A stretch of 56,851 bases of DNA, the filler included, from Dugesia japonica (Eukaryota): the NCBI GenBank assembly GCA_001938525.1. It is 5 parts of 5 records of this genome, joined end to end, with 100 filler letters (N's around TTAATTAATTAA, not from the genome) between each part and the next. Parts side by side here need not be neighbours in the genome. Positions count along the whole stretch, not along the records: positions 1 to 14,700 come from MQRL01584259.1; 4 more parts are not named here. One strand, written 5' to 3'. Each line of letters starts with the position of its first letter. Position 1 is the first letter of the stretch. The notes under the pieces were generated by a model. It saw only the letters and a list, made by a program, of their open reading frames with translations, made no database searches and had not been told where the DNA came from. Shown here piece by piece: positions 1 through 13,575 of the stretch. The translations under genes were made by a program, and so were the position numbers.

Positions 1-269
1 TTTTGCTGCTGTTTATATTTTTTCAATGGTTTTTATATCTATTTTAATTTTTGAGTTAATTTGTTACATTACGGTTCAATATAATCTGTATAGGACCTAA
101 TTGATTTATTAATTATTTAATTAATTTATGAATTAAGTAGGTTAAATGAATTAAACATATAGATTGGATGTAATTAATTGTATATGATGAAGTAAACAGA
201 TTAAATCCTTTAACTATGGTGATTAGATTAGTGGTTTAGATTATCAAATTTTGATTTTTAATTTTAAAG

Positions 270-780
270 TGTAGGCTTAGAATGTTAGTATAATAGTGTA
301 CAATTTCAAATCACTAGTTTAATTTTCTTTTTATTGTGCTGGTTTAAAATATTATAGTGTTGGCCTAAAATCTTTGTATTATGGTTAAAATTCTATAAGT
401 TTGATTGTAAATTTTGTGTATTGGTTTTGAATTTTTTTGTATTAGTTTAGATTTTGCGTATTGGTTTATAATGTTTAGGTAATGTTTTACAATTTTTATT
501 ATAATTGATGTAAGGGTTTAGTTTATTAGTTTGAAATTTTAATGTATTGGTGTAGATTTTCATATATTAATTTTGAATTTTTAAGTGTTGGCTTTGAAGT
601 TTAATATATTAAATCTCAATTTAGTGTCAAAAGTTGAATTTTTACTAGTTGGGTATAAGTTTTTATGTAATGTATTACAATTTTTTATTATGTTGGCTTA
701 AAATTTATAGTGTTGTTTTAAAATACTTCAATGGTGGCTTAAAATTTTATTTGGAATTTATAATATTTAGTAAAATTTTA
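270..780. repeat. Degenerate ~20-bp tandem repeat (consensus roughly GTATTGGTTTAGAATTTTT)
   Basis: Recurring variants such as gtgttggcctaaaatcttt, gtattggttttgaattttt, gtattagtttagatttt and gtattggtttataat at about 20-bp spacing. Confidence 0.5.
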
Positions 781-3700
781 ATAAATTGTATGGAGTAGAC
801 ATTTGGTTTTACCAGTCCAGTTAAAGAGATGGAAAATATTGAATTGACAAGAGATCAGTATCAAGTATCAACAATACACTCGACAGGTCAATTTTTGGAA
901 GAGACACAAATTCACCGATGCTTGACACATGCTGAGTTGGCAAAATAGGAAGAGGTCGTCTGTATTTATCATTATTCTTTTGCAATAAACTTTATAAACT
1001 AACAAATCTCAAACTTAATCTGAAAACTAAAATAATCAGAAATTAAAATATCTAACATTAATTATTAATGACAAAGTTGAAACTATATTCCAGGTTCAGC
1101 CTAGATAATAATTTATTATTATTACAATTATTATTTTTTATTATTAGTTTAATAATCATTATTATTGATATTATTATTATTATATTAATTATTTCATTAA
1201 ATAAAAGATTCGATCAAATTATTTTTATGTAATCTCAAAAACGACCAATGGTTAAGTTCAACAACTTTTCTCGCAATAATTCTTGTAATTGCGAAAATAC
1301 TAATTATTATTTACTATTATTATTACAATTATTATTATTATTATAATTATTAAAATAAATTTCTGACATGAATTCAATTAATAACTCAATAAAATTAAAT
1401 TATTGTGTTGGGTCATGTCGAATTACCAGTTTAGCTCGATAGACAGTTTTGTGAATCTCTAATTCAATCTAATCTAGGCATATTTTGCTTCTCAAATAAA
1501 CTTTGACATATTTCAAATTTCTCGTAATTATTCATATTCTCACTCTTATGAATCTTCTTAATCATATGTATAAGTGAAAACAGTTGTACAGATGTACATT
1601 TGTACATGCCTTGTGAGAATTGCTGTTGCTTTCTCATTCCCACACTGGAAAGTTTTCTAATTGAAGAAATATGTAGAACATTTTGTTGCTCATATTTTGC
1701 AGTATCCTCTTACACAATTATTAATTCATCTATTTCTTCTACCATAGAATTACCACAAAACAAACTCGAAATCAATTGTAAATAAAAACAAAATATCCAA
1801 TTGAATTGTATAGACGATTTGTAATCAGTTTAATATTTGACTGTTCATTTTATTTATTAAATTGAGAATATGAGATCATTTGTTCTGGCGGTTGATTTGT
1901 TCACAAATTATAATTTATAATTTACAAATAACACATCACACACATACATACATACCCACACACACATACATACATACCCACACACAATACACACAGCACG
2001 ATATTTTTGAAATATATTTGGATTCTTTATAATATTTTTTTAATATTGATTTTTATATTTTTATTTGATTTGTTCGGAAAATTAGCAATTAATTTTAGTT
2101 TAGAAAAATTAATTGAAATTAATTTATTTATCAATAAAATTTGTAGGAAATTTTATTTAATCTAATATTATTTCAATAAATTAAAAATCATAGCTAATTA
2201 GATGAAAGAAATTTTCCGGTGAAAATTCTTATTGAGAATTTTACATGAAATTAATAGTTAATATAATTGATAATTAATTAATTATATTGATTATTTTTAT
2301 ATTATTAATATTATACTTTTTTGGTGTTATTTATTTTTTTTATTTTGATTATTAAACAAAATACGTCTTTTTAAGTAAAGTAAAATCGAATAAAATTTAA
2401 TTCAATAAATTAATTCATACAAATTAATCGCAGAAATGTTTTTGATACGAAAAGAAGAACAACATCTTTATCTTTATCGATGATATTAATTATGAGTATA
2501 TCTTTCAGTTTCTTTGGAAGTTTTATTATTATTATTTTTCTCCTACTCCACTTCCTCTTTTCTTTATTATTGATTATTCTTGACCGTATTAAATACTACC
2601 TCACTTAATACCTCATTTAATTTCATTGTTATTAATTCTTTATTTCTACTTCTTATTGTATTTTCATTTTATGATGTAATTAGCATTCCAATTTCGATAA
2701 TTTCATTCAAATTCATTATTTCATTATAACTTTTTAAATTAACATATACAAGTTCCGGAATAACTAAATCTATTAGGTAAATTCAAAACATCGCAACTCT
2801 TCATAAGTTTTTATTTATTATTACAAATTTTTTGATTAAAATAAAATAATGATGACGAATAATTCAGAGTATTCAAACAAATAATCTGAGAAATTTAAAA
2901 AAATATTTAAAAAATATCGATTTAAATTTTACAAAATATTTTTACTTTACATATATATATATTTAATTGTTTTTAAACAATTTTATAAAATAATTTTTAT
3001 ACCTTTATAATTTGCCTAATAAATATATAGAAATTATTTAAATTAATTTCGTTTTAAAAAATGTTTTATATTTTACAAATTTGTTTTTACTTTTTTACAA
3101 TAATATTTGAATGTTTCAAAAAAATAAATTTTAATATTATATAATATATTATATACCAAATTAAATAATTTCTCAGATATTTTAAAATCTATGAATCTTT
3201 CTTACAAAATCGTTTTTAATTTTTTCCCTCCAGGTGATAAATTCTTCACGAAAATCTTTTATTTTCAATATCCTCTTCTTATTCTTCTATTAGTTCTTCA
3301 AGACTCAATAATCCTATGCAATCAGGAAATATTTTTCTGCTGTTCTCATATCAATCAATTCTCTCACTACATTTTCCATTATATTTCACTTTTGTTTACC
3401 AAAGATTTTAAATTTATTTAAATTTAATTCTTCATTCATTATTGATTCAAAATTTTAGTATTGTTTTAACAAATCATTTCTTTAATCATGATTAACTTAA
3501 GTTTAGATTACTCCGAAGTATGTGTGCATCACAATTAATATTTAATCAATAAAAAATCATTTCATTTATATATTTATTATATTTTATAAAAATAAGTAAT
3601 TTAATTAATTATATTTATCAATAAACCACACAAATATTGATAAATAATTCTTCTAACAAACACAATTTGTATTGAATAAAACTCAATTTATAATACAATA

Positions 3701-4426
3701 GATAAATGTGAAAAGAGAAATCACGAGAAACGATTACAATAATTGAGATAACAAAATTTCCGAGAGGATCATCTCTCGAATAAGAAGATTAATTCATTAT
3801 CAAGTAAAACAAGTAAAAAAGAAAATAATTACGACAATTATGATGGACAAAACTATTAGAAAATCACGAAATACAAATGATTATCAAGCGGAATATCGAC
3901 AGACTAAATTGTAAAAATTATTTTAACAAATTTAGTGTATTTCTAGCTAATTATTTATAAGGTTCAATCTGACATCTTAATCCAAATAAGAATAAGTTTT
4001 CATTTATATGAATATACTAGAAGATTTTATAAGATATTTTCTTTTAATAATCACATTGAAAATAAAAAATAAAATAAAAACTTTCAAGAAATTTTCCAAT
4101 TTTATCATTTTTAATAATTCTCAACAGAAATCTTTTTGAAGAAAAGTTGAGATTATTTGAAGCGGATAAAAAAAAGTATTTTTATTTATTATTCATAAAT
4201 TATTCATAATTTTGAGAATGAAAATGATTTACTGGATTCTAGAAAATATTTCAACTGAAATCTTTCAATCAAACCTATTGAAATAAAACAAAATCATCGC
4301 ACAAACCTTATTTTTTAGAATTATAGAAATATAATTTATTTGTATTAATTTAATAGAAAATAAATCAAATAAAAACATATTAAACACTTAAACAAAATAA
4401 GTTTAGTGTTAATAAATAAAAAAAAC

Positions 4427-4634
4427 TATTCATGTATATATCACAAATTATTCATAAATATATCACAAATTATTCATGAATATTTTACAAATTATTCATA
4501 AATATATCACAAATTATTCTTGAATATTTTACAAATTATTCATAAATAAATCACAAATTATTCATGAATATTTTACAAATTATTCATAAATAAATCACAA
4601 ATTATTCATGAATATTTTACAAATTATTCATAAA
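4427..4634. repeat. 22-bp satellite AAATTATTCATAAATATATTAC (block 1)
   Basis: Tandem copies are directly visible; the same unit recurs at 7583-7690, 8524-8854 and 11758-12056. Confidence 0.9.
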
Positions 4635-4822
4635 TATGAGGAAATAATTAGTAATTAATAATTTCACCCGATAGAAATTGAGTTATATAAATATTAGTAT
4701 TGAAATGCTTGTATTTCGATATTATTTATATTATGAATCTTGGTTCATAGCATAAATGATGTCTCAAAATATTAGTATTAGTGATTTGCAAAATGAATTA
4801 CCAATTGAAGTTATACCTAACA

Positions 4823-5800
4823 TGGTGGCAGTTTTAAATACTGATTCTAGTACAGAGATGTTTTTGCCGAATTTGTTCTGCAAAGGAGATGATATTGAGA
4901 AATTCATCAAGCAGTGTGAATGGTTTTTTGAAGCCAAAAACATCACCCATATGAACAACAGGAGAGATTAGTCTCGTGTTTGTTAGATGAAGATTTGTTT
5001 TTTAGAATATGCAATGACATTAAACAAAGTTGAAGGTTTTCAGGCTCGTTTCCGTATGGCATTTGAGAAAGAGAAAGATGTTATCATAGATTTTCAAAAT
5101 TTGATTAACTATTGGCGTGGAAATGAAGAGGTTCAAGTTTTATTTAAAAATGTAAAAGATTTAGTAAAAGATTATTTACAAATAAATATTTTACTGAGGA
5201 AAAAATGGTAGCAAAGATGCTAGTATTTTGTTCAGATAACAAAAAAGTTGAAGAAGAAGTAGCTTTGTGAAAACGAGAGAATATAGAAGAAATTGAAGAA
5301 ACGATGACGTTAGTAGATCGAGTAGAGAAAAACAGAGATCAAGTTGATGTAGTTAGAAGTTACGGGGAAGTTACACATCGAAATTATCAGAAACCGGTAA
5401 ATCATACCGTGAATAGACATGTGGAGCAAAGAAAGGAAAAACAAAATATCGAATGTTGGTCATGTCATAAGATCGGTCATACTAAAGCAAATTGTCCGAC
5501 AAAGAAGTGGTAAAATGCTGGAGTTGAGATTGGTTGTGGAAAGGTTGGCCATATTAAAAGGTTATGTCAAGAAGTCAGGTGTAAACAATGTCGTAATGGT
5601 GGACATAGAGCAGAAAAGTGCTAAGCAAATTTGAAAGCGAAAAGTCAAAAATTTATGACTGCAGAAAGATCAAGAAACCGATATAATCGAGTACATGAGA
5701 TTGAAGATGAAGATCTCAGTACAAACGATGGATATGAGGAAGCATATGAAAGTGATTCCGAAAGGCAGCATTCAGAAGGCAGGGCTCTACCAGTAGAGGA
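4823..5800 (+). pseudogene. gag: Gypsy gag pseudogene with zinc knuckles
   Basis: Fragmented ORFs 4756-5634 include CX2CX4HX4C motifs. Confidence 0.8.
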
Positions 5801-5992
5801 GTAGGTTGTAGCCATCCATAGTTAAATGAAGTTAGTAATTATCCTCAAGGGGTCGAAAAGTGGGATGATATAGGAAAAGTTACAGAAAAAGTATACAGGT
5901 TCTTAAAGAGGGAAAATTTTGCGGATGAAAGAAAAGTAGAATGGGTTGGAACAGTTGAAACAGGAAAGAAAACAAATATTTCATGTCATAAA

Positions 5993-7420
5993 TTGCAAGG
6001 AAGACCAATTGTTACGGTATCAATTCAAGGAAATAAAGTAGAATGTCTATTAGACACAGGGGCTCGAATTAACATGGTGAGTTTGAGTTGTTTTAATAAA
6101 TTACGAGAACTAAATTTAGAAATGAGTGATGAAAGATTGCGTTGTGCAAATAATTGTTCACTTGAAATTGTTGGGAAAGTTAAAACCGGAGGGATAATTG
6201 AGTACTTTTGCAAAGAGATTACTTTCTTAGTTCCTGAAAGAGTAAAACCAGATCTAATAGGAGGAATATATATGCAGAAGATTTTTGGATATCAGCTTAT
6301 GCGAAAGGTCGATAGCTAAACGGAGGAAAAAGTCGAAAATTACATTTGCAAAATTGAAGTGAAATTCGGAAGACAAATTAAAAAAGGAGAGCGATTGACA
6401 AGAGCCTTAAATATTTTGAAGATTAAAGAGGATCTACGGTTATTGAAAGTAATTGAAAGTTAAGAAGATTCTTTTATGGCACATAAATGGGATGTAGGAC
6501 GCACACATCGGACAAGACACAAAATAATCACAAATGGTGAACCAATCAATGTAAAACCGTATAGGCAACCAATAAGCCTAGTATCTAAAATTGAAGAAGC
6601 TATCCAAAACCTTTTCGAGAAAAATATTATCCGGAAATTTAACTCTCCTTGGAATACCCCACTGATCTGTGTTTTGAAAAAGGAAAAGAAAGACATAAGA
6701 ATATGTTTGGATTTTAGACAATTGAATGCAGTAACGAAAGGACAAGCGTTTCCTATGCCTAATGTCGATGAAATGCTAGACCAACTACTTCAGTTCAATA
6801 GATTTGGGAAATTCATACTAGCAGGTAAAGCTTGAAGAAGAATCTCAAGAAAAAACGGCGTTTTCAACAAAGCATGGACAATATTGTTTTAATAGAATGC
6901 TATTTGGCATCGCAGCGGCACCATGGACATTTCAAGAGATGATGACCAAAGTGGTAGGTGGAATCAATGGAGCCATAGTTTATCTTGATGATATTCTGAT
7001 ATTCCGAACAATAATGATCAACACTATGAAGTAATTGAAAGAGTATTGATGGAAATAATGAAGGATAGTCTAAGAATTAATCCAGAAAAGTGTCAGTTTC
7101 TTCAAAGTGAAATCAAGTTTCTTGTACACATAATTAGCAAGAATGGTGTTAGAACTGAAGCTATAAGAACATTTGGCAAACCTAACTGCGTGAAGAAGTT
7201 ACAAAGTTTCTTGGGAATTTGTAATTATCACAGGAATTTTATAGAAAACTACGCAAGAAAATCAAAGATATTAGAGCAGTTGTGCAGCTGACCAAGCAAC
7301 AAGAAATTAGAATGGACAGATGAAATAAACGATACTTTTGATGGTCTAAAGAAATCTCTAATGACTGCACCAATATTGTGTTTTCTGGACATAAACAAAT
7401 AATTTATATTAGATACGGAT
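5993..7420 (+). pseudogene. pol: Gypsy pol pseudogene (aspartic protease, RT, start of RNase H)
   Basis: ORFs 5993-6319 (LLDTGA), 6476-6835 (RT N-terminus) and 7046-7291 (KCQF, LQSFLGICNYHRNFI); YLDD at 6981. Confidence 0.9.
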
Positions 7421-7699
7421 TACTTCACCCAATAGATATTGAGATATCTAAATATTAATATTGAAATGCTTGTATTTTGATATTATTTATATTATGAAAC
7501 TTGGTTTGTAGTTGTAAAATAAATGATGTTTAATAATATTATGATTTGCATAATGAATTACCAATTGAAATTATACCTAACAATAAATATATTCCAAATT
7601 ATTCATAAATATATCACAAATTATTCACAATTATTCATAAATACATATCAAATTATTCACGAATATATAACAAAATATTCATAAATTGTTCATTTATGA

Positions 7700-7890
7700 T
7701 TAACTTGATTCTAGAAAATATGTCAACTGAAATATTTCAACCGAACTTATTTAAATAAAACAAAATCATCGCAGAAACCTTATTTTCTGGAATCATATAA
7801 ATATAATTCATTTGTACTAATTTAATCTAAAAAATAAAATAAAAATATGTAATGAATATAAACAAATTAAAAGTTAAAATGTTAATAAAC
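7700..7890 (+). repeat. Diverged direct repeat of 4225-4420, adjacent to the 22-bp satellite
   Basis: gattctagaaaatat..caactgaaat...aaataaaacaaaatcatcgca.aaaccttatttt is present at both sites. Confidence 0.8.
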
Positions 7891-8523
7891 TGAGAGATTG
7901 CTAATTTCTATTAAGAATCACAAGCAGCTCCACAATAATCAAAAGTGATGGATGTAATGAATTGATTCGAATTTTTGACAGTTTTTGTATTCACTCGATC
8001 ATACATTATCACTATTATGTCTCATCTAGTACCCACCTTCACACTCATTTATTTCTCTTATTCAATGCTACTGACAAACAACAAACAAGCACGAAAATTC
8101 AGAATTCATTCTTTAATTAAATCCTTTTACTGTAATTTTTTGCAATATTTTTCAAATAGATTTGTCTGATTTTTTCTGCTATTTCTGCAATTAAAGCCTG
8201 TTTTCCTGAGAATTTCAAGCACGATTTGTCTCTTGTTGCAAGAGTGTTGGATTTCTCCTGGCAACGTTTTACATATAAAACCAAGCCAAAATATAATTTT
8301 TGATGTTGAAATTGAAATTTTTCAAGAAATTTGAAAGCCAAAAAAGTTTTCAATGAAAATGATATAAAATTAAATAAATTTACAATAATTTGTATTCTTT
8401 TAGTTTTCATTTTAACACGATATTTAATTTGATCATTTCAGTCAAATATGAAATTATTTAATAAGATAGCAGCTTTTAGGAATATTTAAAAATTTCATGA
8501 AAAAATAGGATAATAAATAAGAA

Positions 8524-8854
8524 CTATTCATAAATATATTACAAATTATTCATGAATATATTACAAATTATTCATGAATATATNNNNNNNNNNNNNNNNN
8601 NNNNNNACAAATTATTCATGAATATATTACAAATTATTCATGAATATATTACAAATTATTCATGAATATATTACAAATTATTCATAAATATATTACAAAT
8701 TATTCATGAATATATTACAAATTATTCNNNNNNNNNNNNNNNNNNNNNNNNNNNNNNNNNNNNNNNNNNNNNNNAATATATTACAAATTATTCATGAATA
8801 TATTACAAATTATTCATAAATATATTACAAATTATTCATAAATATATTCCAAAT
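8524..8854. repeat. 22-bp satellite block
   Basis: Tandem acaaattattcatgaatatatt copies with N gaps. Confidence 0.9.
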
Positions 8855-11757
8855 TGTTGGGCTAGAACACATCTTGAAATAATACGAGAAACTGCAGGAG
8901 AGCAAGCAGAAAGTTAAGGGGAAATGGGTGCTGGACCAGATATTTTACTTTATATTATCATTATTATTATGTAATTATTATTCTTATTATTATTATACGA
9001 TTATTATTGAAACGAGAAAAAAGGAAAATTGGGCATAGAGGTCCCAAATTTGAAGATACAACAATGAAATTTGGATGTACGAGTAGGAAATAATAGACTG
9101 GATAATAAAAACAATATACACTGCTATAATAATATATTAAAAGGGCCTCTACGACCCATTATCGTTATTATAAATAACGCTAATAGCGTTTAATATTATT
9201 GAAAAATTAATTTATTCTGGTCCAGTCACGTTTATTTCTGGTTTTTCCAAGCGATGATTCAGTTGAAAAACCAGACGGTGAGACAAGGATATTACCCTGA
9301 TGACACGAATTTGGTTTGCCAAATTCGATGTCAATCATCGGCCGGAGAGAGAAATCCACACGACGACAAAAGTGTAACAAAATATTCACAATAAACAGGG
9401 ACCAACAACCAATAGGAGGTCGAGATTACAGAATAATCCCAAACGATTTGGTGAGCAATGAGAGCTCTTCAGTCTTCAGATCGGAGAAATGAATAAAATA
9501 TGAATTCCCGAGAATGAAAATCAGAAGTTTTTAAGTTAAAATTTTATGCACTTTCCGGAACCACTTAATGATCGCAAGGACTACACAGTAAATTTTAGTT
9601 ATTTTTTTTTACTCATTTTATTTGTAATCTTTGCTATTATATTAATAAAATAAAATCATCATCAAAGAGGGTGTCCGAGTGCCGTTCCTGTAAAGAGGTT
9701 AGGATGGAATCGGGTGGTGGATGAACGTAGAGTATTGGAGAGATTTTGGTTTTTTGTTGTGTTGAAGAATGAGAGCATAGAATCAGTTATCACAAATGAA
9801 AATTAGGTATTAACAGTTAGGAGGAGATGAATAGGACGTTTTTGAGTAAAATTGAGAAACGAGACTCTAAGAAATTCTAAAATTTTGAATCGCGATTTGG
9901 AATCAATTATGATCTCAATTATTTTTCTTTTGTTTGCATGATTAAGGATTAAAATATCTTCAGCACTGTGTAAAGTTGTGTACTCCCAGTAAAGGATTAA
10001 TTAAATCATTTAACCGTTAGTATTGTTTGTTATTAATTTTTATATGCATTTCGTTAACATTTTATAAGGGAAATGACGGAAACGAGAAAAGATGACTGTC
10101 TTCAGCAGGTATCTTCTCTGGTTCGCGTTATGAAATGGTGAGAAATAATGATAGGCCTCAGGCCGAAAAATAGGGTGAAATATTGTTTTAAAATAACTTG
10201 ACATTAATAAATTATATCATCATTATATTCATATTTAAATGTTTATGTTAATTGATTGATAATTGTTAGATGAGCAAATCTAGCAGGAACCTCAAGCGGC
10301 CTCGCTATATATGGCCATATATCGACTCCAGTGGGTACTATTACATCGAGTGGGCCGAGGTCCAATGTATGATTCGGGAAGAGAAGATAGCGCGCCTTGA
10401 AGAAACATACAGCTTACAGGCCGGTCTACAGGTGGCCAACTTGCGGGTCGCTCTCCTGGAAACCAATAATCAGCTGCTATCTTCCCTGTGAGATCGACTG
10501 CTGGCGGTCCTCGAGGAGACCGAGTCGACAGTTGCTGCCGGGGACGATCAACCGCCGAAGGTGGACCCAAACAGGGACGAGATTGACGAAGGAGAGTTGG
10601 ATTCGCAAGCCGAACAAGAAGAGTGAGAAATAATGAGGAGTTTGCTGGGCCTGCGCAGTGCTAGCACGGCCTCAGATGTAATTAAAAAATGAAAATTTTC
10701 TTAAGGAATTTAAGAATTTGATTTATTGATCTTTCTTTGTAATTATTTAAATGTTGTTGAGTTATAGCAAATAGGTGAAAGTGTGATACGTACACCACGA
10801 TAATCTGCAGAGGCAGGGTCGAATGAATTTCGTTAATTTTATTTTATTTCGTTTATTCTGAAGTGCATAGAATTGCCATAAATGCAAACATGGAAAATTA
10901 TCAAATTCGAAAAATTATAAAATGTATTCATTGAATGTTAGTTATTTCAGGAATGATATCAAAAATATTACAGAGGAATTGCGATTTTTAAGGATCACTT
11001 TGGGTGAATCGAACCTTTTTGCTAGAATTAAATATGTGTTGAATTATTTATTATTGGTTGGATTAAAGTATCTATTTTATTTCATTAAAAAGTTAAGCCT
11101 ATATCTTTTAAAATCAGGTTTTAGTCGTCAGTATTTTAATATTTATATATTTGACAATAGTTTCATTTGTTTTTGTTTTAAGACATTGATCTAAATGAAT
11201 TGTTAAATTAATTATTATTAAATTACTAAATTAATTTTGAAATAATAAAAAGATTCGTTCGCAATTGTATCTGTTAGCATTTAAATTTAACGGTGAAATC
11301 CGAGCATGGTGTACGGGAATATTGGAAAATGATGACAGCAATACTAAGAAAACTGATTTGACCAATGCAGGGATCAATTTTATTTTTTCATAGAAAGGAG
11401 ATTAGTAATAATTATAGTATTATTAACCGTCCTATTAAATGTTGAAATAGCTGAAATATCGTGTTAGTTTGTATAATGGTCAGATATGACCGATTTAAAT
11501 TTTTTATTGACAACGAATACTGAGCAAATGAGTGTGTTGGTAAATGGGGGTTCCTGAAAAAGAAACGTAAGACGCGATACCACAAAGTCGCGCTGAACCC
11601 GCGGAAAATTGGGGCATGTCACAGAGGTGACTAAATGCTTGTGGTTTTTAGGTATGCCCCTAGCCGAAGTATATTGGATTTATTTAGTTACGGAAATAAT
11701 CGAGTATGAAAAGTGCAGATATTAAACTCAAATATTCAAAATCCTAAAAACCCAACA
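8855..11757 (+). mobile_element. 2.9-kb TG..CA element (giant solo-LTR-like) with exon-like cargo
   Basis: Termini TGTTGGG...CCCAACA, 4-bp TSD AAAT, inserted inside a satellite unit; GC-richer exon-like blocks inside; no transposase or pol motifs seen. Confidence 0.75.
10270..10692 (+). pseudogene. Coiled-coil/acidic cargo ORF of the 2.9-kb element, about 140 codons with two in-frame TGA
   Basis: Preceded by a ttgttag acceptor; the frame continues past TGA at 10489 and 10624 (LLSSL*DRLLAVLEETESTVAAGDDQPPKVDPNRDEIDEGELDSQAEQEE*). Confidence 0.5.
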
Positions 11758-12056
11758 AAATTATTCATGAATATATTACTACTTATTCATAAATATATCA
11801 GAAATTATTCATAAATATATTCCAAATTATTCATGGATATATTACAAATTATTCATAAATATATTACAAATTATTCATGGATATATTACAAATTATTCAT
11901 AAATATATTACATATTATTCATAAATATATTCCAAATTATTCATAAATATGTAACAAATTATTCTTCAGTATAAAAACTTTTCATGAAGATTTACAAATT
12001 TGGAGTAAATATATCATAAATAATTCATAAATATTTTACAAATTATTCATAAATAT
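11758..12056. repeat. 22-bp satellite block
   Basis: Tandem copies of the same unit. Confidence 0.9.
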
Positions 12057-13575
12057 TGTGGGGCGCCATCTAGGTAGCTGAATTTTTATTTATGTCTGGG
12101 ATAATACACCTCGTGAAATCGCGCGAAGAATTTAATCTAACGACCCCGTTCTAGATTTTCGTAAAAGGGCCGCTGACTTGCAATCCATATAATGATTGCA
12201 TGCTTCTATTCTTTTGGTTCAGATCGTTTTTTCTGTGTCTCTTTAGCCTCCATACCGTTGTTATAGTGATTAATAAATGATTATCAAAAAGGTTTTATGT
12301 AAAAAATAAAATAGATTCAAATTTTATGATTCAATTGTTTCAAATTATTTATTTCTTAAATTTAGTACACTCAAGGTTTTTTATATTCTCGAATGGTTGG
12401 CAGTGAGATGTGTATTGAAGACTTGAGACTACTTCAGAACATTATCATTCTTGCCCATAAAAAAAATTATTTTCACCCATCAAAATTATTATTCTCGTCA
12501 AGAAAAAATATGAAATTTATAAATTTATTAAAATTAATTCCGAATATTTGATTTTCAAATATCTTTTGTGTGTTTAAAAATATCTTTAATTATTCATTGT
12601 TTAAATTCATACCTACGAGTATTTCATGTGTGGCTGCAATAGTGTGTCTTTTCTGTGGTATTGTATTAGGTGTTTTAATTAAAGTCCGCAGTTAATAATA
12701 AAGAGCGTTGTAAACAAAGCAATATATATAGCTGTCATAGTTTATTGAAAATCCAAACAAAAATCAAGTTTAACAGGTAATTTTAGTTTGGTCAATATGA
12801 AACTGAAAATCCTGTGTTTTCACATGTCCGTTACACAACTGTTTTAGGATTCTTGCTTTGTTGCTTGGTTNTTTTATAAACTTTCTGTAGTAATTACAAG
12901 TTTCTAAGAAACTTTGTAGCTTAAAACGTGATTGTTGCTTTCTTTTAAACTGATCAGTTCAAGCGCCATCTCTGCTAATTTATTGCCTAAAAATTTTGAT
13001 TTTCCCATTTGGAAATTGGCTTTTTTTTAGTTTTATATTTTTTCTTACAACATTCCAATATCCTTTTACTTTTTAAACATAATTCAATCAANNNNNNNNN
13101 NNNNNNNNNNNNNNNNNNNNNNNNNNNNNNNNNNNNNNNNNNNNNNNNNNNNNNNNNNNNNNNNNNNNNNNNNNNNNNNNNNNNNNNNNNNNNNNNNNNN
13201 NNNNNNNNNNNNNNNNNNNNNNNNNNNNNNNNNNNNNNNNNNNNNNNNNNNNNNNNNNNNNATCACAGTTGCACATATTTTACCTAGATTGACTTATTTA
13301 CTTTGTTTATCTATCTTATTTTATCAATGTTATTGCTTCATTTATATTTTCCACTGTTTTCAATTTATGCAGAATTACATTTTCTTTCAATTGTTTACTT
13401 TCTACGCAGCCTACTAATAATTTTACTGTAACTTCTCTCTAGTAAGCTCTTTATTTGAGAAAAAGTTTTAAAATAAGTTTTCTACCTTCTTAAAATGTCT
13501 CAACATTTTTGCCATTGTAATTTGCCATCTGTAATTTACTTAAATTTGGAAATCTTTCATAACATCCGTGGATTC
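12057..13575 (-). mobile_element. Second, heavily decayed Gypsy element related to the 4635-7582 family
   Basis: Minus-strand translation gives gag-like DVMKDFQI*VNYR..FKKVENL..KLLVGCVESKQLKENVIL, which aligns with the gag at 5070-5320, and RT-thumb KLQSFLETCNYYRKFI at about 12870-12920; TG terminus at 12057 abuts the satellite. Confidence 0.6.

Larger units (their letters stand above)
4635..7582 (+). mobile_element. Decayed Ty3/Gypsy LTR retrotransposon with internal deletion (no integrase)
   Basis: 5' LTR 4635-4822 and 5'-truncated 3' LTR 7424-7582 both end in CCTAACA. PBS-like TGGTGGCAG at 4823. ATAAA flanks both ends (possible TSD). Gag CCHC knuckles (CWSCHKIGHTKANC), protease LLDTGA, RT motifs SPWNTPL, CLDFRQLN and YLDD (6981); RNase H start FILDTD is joined directly to the LTR. 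Many stops and frameshifts. Confidence 0.92.

Noticed and set aside
790-3500. Short coding-like patches (790-960, 1560-1800, 3190-3420)
   Set aside because: No consistent splice frame or recognisable protein
13009-13287. ORFs made mostly of X (also at 35103, 36361-36869 and 50405-50956)
   Set aside because: Open only because of N gaps or stop-free repeats
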